Of a stretch of 32,000 nt of DNA, positions 27,962 through 32,000 are shown one piece after another. The translations under genes were made by a program, and so were the position numbers. A model generated the notes under the pieces. The model was not told the origin of the DNA and searched no databases. It was given only the letters and a program-made list of their open reading frames with translations. How positions within the stretch are numbered: the stretch's first letter is position 1; each line of letters begins with the position of its first letter. This DNA is from Paracoccus suum (lineage in GTDB: Bacteria > Pseudomonadota > Alphaproteobacteria > Rhodobacterales > Rhodobacteraceae). Location: NCBI RefSeq assembly GCF_003324675.1, contig NZ_CP030918.1, forward strand, positions 2,310,001-2,342,000. Reading direction: 5' to 3'.

Positions 27962-29586
27962 TGGGCGGCGAGGCGATCGCTGTCAGCCTGGGTCCACCCT
28001 TCAGGATCCGTCACGGCGACCCACGGGCCGATATAGTCGCGCGCATAATAGGAATGGCCGTGACCCGCAGGCGCGCTCGTCGCCAGGATCATGTCGACGA
28101 CCAGCTGGAACTGGGTCACGACTGGCGTGAAGGTCAGGTCGGGCGATACGTCCGGGGCAGGGGCCTCGCGCATCCAGACCGGGGGCCGCCAGAAAGAGGC
28201 CGGCTCGTAAAACACGATCGGATCGCTGGAATACTGCAGGAACATCAGCCGCATGTCGCCCCAGCCCTGTGCGCCCCCCGCATCCTGCGTGTGGCTGGCA
28301 AAACGGATCAGACGGCTCTCGCCAACCTGTGGCGCGACATAGGGGGTGCCGGGATTGCGCTCGGCCATGGCCTCGTTCCAGCGAGCGGAAGGGAAGGGGG
28401 GACCGGCCCACAACGCACCGTTGATGGGGCTGTCTAGCAGCGAGAACAGGTCCGTCCCATACATCGACGCCCAGGCCCCGAGGCTGAGCCCGTGGATATA
28501 GAGGCGAGGCCTGCTGTCCCTCGGCAGGCTGCGCCAGTGGCGGTGCACCGCGCGGATCAGCGCCCGTGCCTGGTCCAGTCCGGCCCGCGTTTCCAGAAGC
28601 AGGGCCAATGGCGACTGCAGGTAGGAATACTGTACCGCGACCGATGCGATGTCGCCGTCTTGCATGTATTCGACCACGTCGAAACTGCCCGGATCGAGCC
28701 AGCCAGTGCCCGTTGGCATCGCAACGATCAGCACCTTGCGATCGAACCCGCCGAGGCGGATCAGTTCTTCCAGCGCCCGGTCGGCCCGGGCTTCAGCCGT
28801 GTCGGCCTCGGCCAGGCCGACATAAACGCGGATCGGGTTCTTGGCCGGACGTCCGCTGAAGGCAGCGATAGCCGCCCCATCGGGGCCGCCCGTGACGAAA
28901 TTCCGGCCCGGCTGGCCCATCGAGCCCCAGTCGACCAGCGACGCCGCGCTGCCCGGCGTGCGGGGGTCCGCGGGCGCCGGCGGGGCGGTGTCGAACAACT
29001 CCTGCGCAGTGGTGTAGGATTCGTCCAAGGCGCGGACGACGCGGTCGAGCACGCCGTCCCGTGTGCCGATCGTCAGCGCGACGATCACGATCAGCAGGCC
29101 CGCAACATTCGCCGTCCGCCGCGGCATGTGGCGGTAAAGGCGCGCGCGCAACCGGTCGAACGCGCCCTGCACCAGGCCGCCCAACAGCAACAGCACGGCC
29201 AGCACGGTCACCGCGACGAGGACCATGTTGGGCACGTCGATGGTGTCGATCAACTCCATCCCCATGCGACTGCGGATGCCGTTCTGCCAGCCGCGCGCAT
29301 GCCCGAGGCACAGAACGAGTGCCATCAGCACCGGGATAGCAGCGATCAGATGCCCGTAGAGCGCCGCGCGACCGCGCAGCATGGGCAGTTCCAGCGCGCG
29401 CCACAGCGTCAGCAGGAGGCGACCGATCATGTAGCCCAGCGCTGCGACAAGCCCGCCGAGCGCGCCTTGCACCGCCCAGGCCCGGGGAATCAGCGACGGG
29501 GTCAGCGAAGCCGCAAAGAGCACCAGCCCCAGAAATAGCGGCAGCAGCGACACGCCAAGGGAACGCCCAACGCGCATGTTTGCCAT
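27922..29586 (-). CDS. Polytopic membrane protein with a C-terminal alpha/beta-hydrolase domain (resembles the Abhydrolase_9 family)
   Basis: There are four to five N-terminal hydrophobic helices ('VSLLPLFLGLVLFAASLTPSLIP', 'LIAAIPVLMALVLCL', 'MVLVAVTVLAVLLLLGGL', 'VAGLLIVIVALTIG'). These are followed by 'KVLIVAMPTGTGWLDP' and the nucleophile elbow 'YIHGLSLGAWAS'. Confidence 0.7.
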   Translation of the reverse strand: MANMRVGRSLGVSLLPLFLGLVLFAASLTPSLIPRAWAVQGALGGLVAALGYMIGRLLLTLWRALELPMLRGRAALYGHLIAAIPVLMALVLCLGHARGWQNGIRSRMGMELIDTIDVPNMVLVAVTVLAVLLLLGGLVQGAFDRLRARLYRHMPRRTANVAGLLIVIVALTIGTRDGVLDRVVRALDESYTTAQELFDTAPPAPADPRTPGSAASLVDWGSMGQPGRNFVTGGPDGAAIAAFSGRPAKNPIRVYVGLAEADTAEARADRALEELIRLGGFDRKVLIVAMPTGTGWLDPGSFDVVEYMQDGDIASVAVQYSYLQSPLALLLETRAGLDQARALIRAVHRHWRSLPRDSRPRLYIHGLSLGAWASMYGTDLFSLLDSPINGALWAGPPFPSARWNEAMAERNPGTPYVAPQVGESRLIRFASHTQDAGGAQGWGDMRLMFLQYSSDPIVFYEPASFWRPPVWMREAPAPDVSPDLTFTPVVTQFQLVVDMILATSAPAGHGHSYYARDYIGPWVAVTDPEGWTQADSDRLAAHCNRGFQQGCDNG

Positions 29587-29756
29587 CCTCGGGTTCTACG
29601 CTGCACGTCAGGTTTCCCGATTGTGGGGGGAAAAGACAGTAGGGGTGACTGCGCGCGTCAGCCTAGAGACGAGCACAGCGCCCTGAGGAGCGCGAGGTCA
29701 TGGGGTTGGAGTAAAATTCAAGATTAAAGGACAGATATTCAAGTGACTTAACATAA

Positions 29757-30110
29757 CGGAGTGCCCTGTTCAATATCCTGAATATGGCGGGGCTGAACGG
29801 CCAATATCAAACGAGCGAGCGGCCGGAGCCAGAGCAGTTTGAATCTGTTAAGAACCATCCCAACTTTGTCGCCTCCAGCAGTCTTTCGTGCGAGCACAAG
29901 TACCTGTACTTCCGCTGCAACAAGCCGCCCTTCGACGACGTGCGGGGCCGCCTCGCGGCGGTTCATGCCATCGACCGCGACCAGATCTTGGAACTGCTGG
30001 GCGAATCCGCTTAGGCATTCAACAGCCACATCTCGCCGGTCAAGTTCGGACACACGGATGTGCGGAACTACCCGAGATACGACCTCTTATACTTGTATGT
30101 GACGCGGCGT
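29757..30110 (+). pseudogene. Remnant of a family-5 (peptide/nickel, DppA/OppA-like) ABC substrate-binding protein
   Basis: 'PEQFESVKNHPNFVASSSLSCEHKYLYFRCNKPPFDDVRGRLAAVHAIDRDQILELLGESA' matches the conserved mid-region of family-5 binding proteins. An in-frame TAG lies at 30012-30014, after which the same frame continues 'AFNSHISPVKFGHTDVRNYPRYD'. Only about 110 of roughly 500 expected residues remain. Confidence 0.6.
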
Positions 30111-30112
30111 TA

Positions 30113-30715
30113 ACTGAACCTCCGGGCGGTCGTCGTAGCGGGCGAGCGCGCTCATCTTCGGATGACAAGGCGCCGATATGATGCTGTTGGCGGCGATTGA
30201 TGAGATGAAGGCCGCGGGGGAGGATCCGGCGGTCAATGTCAAGGTATTGCTTGACTCAGACGAGGAGCAGGGCTCGCCCACGCTGGGCGGCGTGATCGAA
30301 CGTAACCTCGATCAGTTGAAGGCCGACGCGCTGGTGGTGCTCGACGGCCCGATGCACGAGAGCAACCGGCCGACGCTGGTCTTCGGGAACCGCGGGCTGC
30401 AGGCTGCAACCTTGACCGTGTTCGGCGGCACGAGTGAACTGCACAGCGGGCACTATGGCAACTATGCACCCACCCGATCCAGTGCGCATCCGCATGATGG
30501 GCGGCACGGTTCCGACCGGCGCGGCGGTCCAGGCGCTGAACGTGCCCTTCGCTATTGTGCCCTTGGTCAACTCGGACAATCGTCAGCACAGCTTTGATGA
30601 GAACATGCGAGTAGGAAATTACCTCGACGGCGTGAAGGGGCTGGTCAGCCTGCTGACGCACCGTTCTGAATGCTGCTTGACGCAGCCCAGGCCAGGACAG
30701 GATCTTTCGCAATAA
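30113..30715 (+). pseudogene. Remnant of an M20-family peptidase/dipeptidase (N-terminus missing, frameshifted, internally deleted)
   Basis: 'SSSDDKAPI' (frame ending at 30181) shifts into 'MMLLAAIDEMKAAGEDPAVNVKVLLDSDEEQGSPTL...RGLQAATLTVFGGTSELHSGHYGNYAP'. It then shifts again into 'PVRIRMMGGTVPTGAAVQALNVPFAIVPLVNSDNRQHSFDENMRVGNYLDGVKGLVSLL'. The central lid/dimerisation region appears absent. Confidence 0.65.
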
Positions 30716-31887
30716 TCGAAATCCTGTCCTCGCAACCAGATTCTCTGCAGTGCAAGACCTCCTTCTCGCAGGAGGTCTTACCGTCCGGAGTGTCCTCCAC
30801 ACCCAGCCTGACGCGCAGGATCGCTGCGAGGCTGCCCTGCAGTTCGATCCGCGGCGGCATCAGGTCGTCGCCTGTCGGCTCGGCGGATCGTGAGGGGGTC
30901 GATAAACCCGCTACCGCCTCCGGAACCTCGCACGCATAACGCCGCCCCATATGACGGCGTTTACCGATCAGGGTGGTCCGCCAGAACTCGCCAACCTGAC
31001 CAGTTCGGGCCAACCCAACACGATTCGAGGGCACTCGCTCCGGGGATCAAGACCATCTACGTGCGCGATCAAGTCGACAAGGAACGACGTGTAGATTTTG
31101 ACGATCGTGACCCCACTAGATCCCCTTCTTGCTCTGCCGTCAGCGGATAGGCCGACATGGCGACAAAAACGGCCATCAAACGCAGCGGCGCGATTAACTG
31201 CTTCGAGCCCTCAGCGCACATTGGTTCATCGAAACCTATATACTCTCGTGCCGAAACTCTGGTGGCGCCCGCTCGGCAGGAAATGCCTTTTAAGAGCCGA
31301 GATTACTTTGGTCGGATGCTGTCGCCCTCCTAGTTCCCGATCCGCAACTGCAAAGGGCTGGCTTTCCGACTGCTCCGAATGTCTGAACGACGGAAGTATC
31401 AACGCGTCCGGGGTTGCCGCCATCCTAGGTAACAGCCGCACCGCGCCGATGGCGGGTTCGGGGTGGTGCGCGCTAGGGGCGCGAAGGGACGTCGGTGTTG
31501 TCCACTTGCGAACTCCGTGTTGTTTCTGGCCAGCGATCAAGCTTCACTGACTACTGGTCAAACTCTATACGTGGAGGGCGGCGCGACTTTTAACTAAGGT
31601 TGCATTCCCGTAGGCTTTGCCCGATCGCGTAAAGCTTTTGGAGTTGGAGCGCCCGAGTGGGCGGATCGGTCCCTAGCGCTCGCTCCTCGAGCAGATCGGT
31701 GCTTGCTGGACTACCGCGCCGCGCTCCACTCGGTCTGCGTTTCGGCTAGTGTCAGGGCTCACCGAAGGAGAGTTCCGTCCCTAACAGGCCCGTTCACGCT
31801 CGCCTCACGGGAACAACTGTCAATTTCGGTCAGGACAGGTCACTTCAAGATTCCGTTCGAGCGCACGGGAGTTGCGCGCAGTTGGTC

Positions 31888-32000
31888 TTACGACGAGGAC
31901 TGCGTGTCCGGGGGTCCGGCGGACGAAAGGGTCTCGATCAGCGTGGCGGCGCGTGTGTTCGACCGGCGGACGAACAATACGATATCCAGTGGAATACGGC
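31888..32000 (-). CDS. Possible 3' end of a gene that starts beyond the window (product unknown)
   Basis: The minus-strand frame is open from the window edge to TAA (31888-31890). It reads 'RIPLDIVLFVRRSNTRAATLIETLSSAGPPDTQSSS' with mostly G/C third positions. It is too short to assign a family. Confidence 0.25.
   Translation of the reverse strand, partial: RIPLDIVLFVRRSNTRAATLIETLSSAGPPDTQSSS

Noticed and set aside
28492-29538. 348-aa ORF on the + strand
   Set aside because: It is antisense to the membrane alpha/beta hydrolase. It is a highly charged Arg/Gln/Asp-rich shadow frame.
30645-31034. 129-aa ORF on the - strand, possibly a mobile-element fragment
   Set aside because: I could not tie the translation to any transposase or integrase motif. 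It overlaps the tail of the M20 remnant. Its composition is not convincing without a database search.
31098-31550. A 150-aa + ORF, a 104-aa - ORF and a 59-codon ORF starting at 31158
   Set aside because: They are Cys/Arg/Trp-rich or otherwise atypical translations. They have no SD support or motifs and lie in the decayed low-GC zone.
31050-31900. Group II intron or other retroelement, suggested by 'GTGCGCG' near 31064 and GC-rich stems
   Set aside because: No domain V-like 34-nt hairpin could be found, with only a poor partial match near 31850-31880. There is no reverse-transcriptase ORF on either strand.

Overview
This is a visibly high-GC, gene-dense bacterial window. Gene content and codon style look alphaproteobacterial (Rhodobacterales-like), which is an inference rather than a verified assignment. 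It is dominated by solute uptake and small-molecule catabolism. All family calls come from reading motifs in the supplied translations, because no database search was possible.

Layout:
1. 2-5850 (+): a 5'-truncated TPP enzyme, monocistronic gdhA, then a hydratase / atypical DHDPS-like / atypical SDR trio.
2. 5980-10827 (-): an operon headed by dapF, followed by a polar-amino-acid ABC transporter and an ACC-deaminase/D-cysteine-desulfhydrase-family PLP enzyme.
3. 11310-19373 (+): seven tightly coupled genes, namely a fused TRAP DctQM permease, DctP, an embedded IclR regulator, an SCP2-type thiolase, an acyl-CoA ligase, a tandem PPC/DUF296 protein of unknown function and an SDR. This is my best candidate for an undescribed catabolic system.
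4. 19418-25162: an Lrp regulator divergent from a 2,3-diaminopropionate ammonia-lyase / binding protein / FAD oxidoreductase / permease / ATPase cluster with opine-catabolism-like architecture.
5. 25243-29586: an orphan arsC, a divergent HxlR/flavoprotein pair, and two overlapping membrane-anchored alpha/beta hydrolases.
6. 29590-31887: a lower-GC decayed zone holding remnants of a family-5 peptide-binding protein and an M20 peptidase, then about 1.2 kb with no convincing coding signal.

I found no rRNA, tRNA, CRISPR array or intact mobile element. Many long ORFs in the track are antisense shadows typical of high-GC DNA and were rejected.
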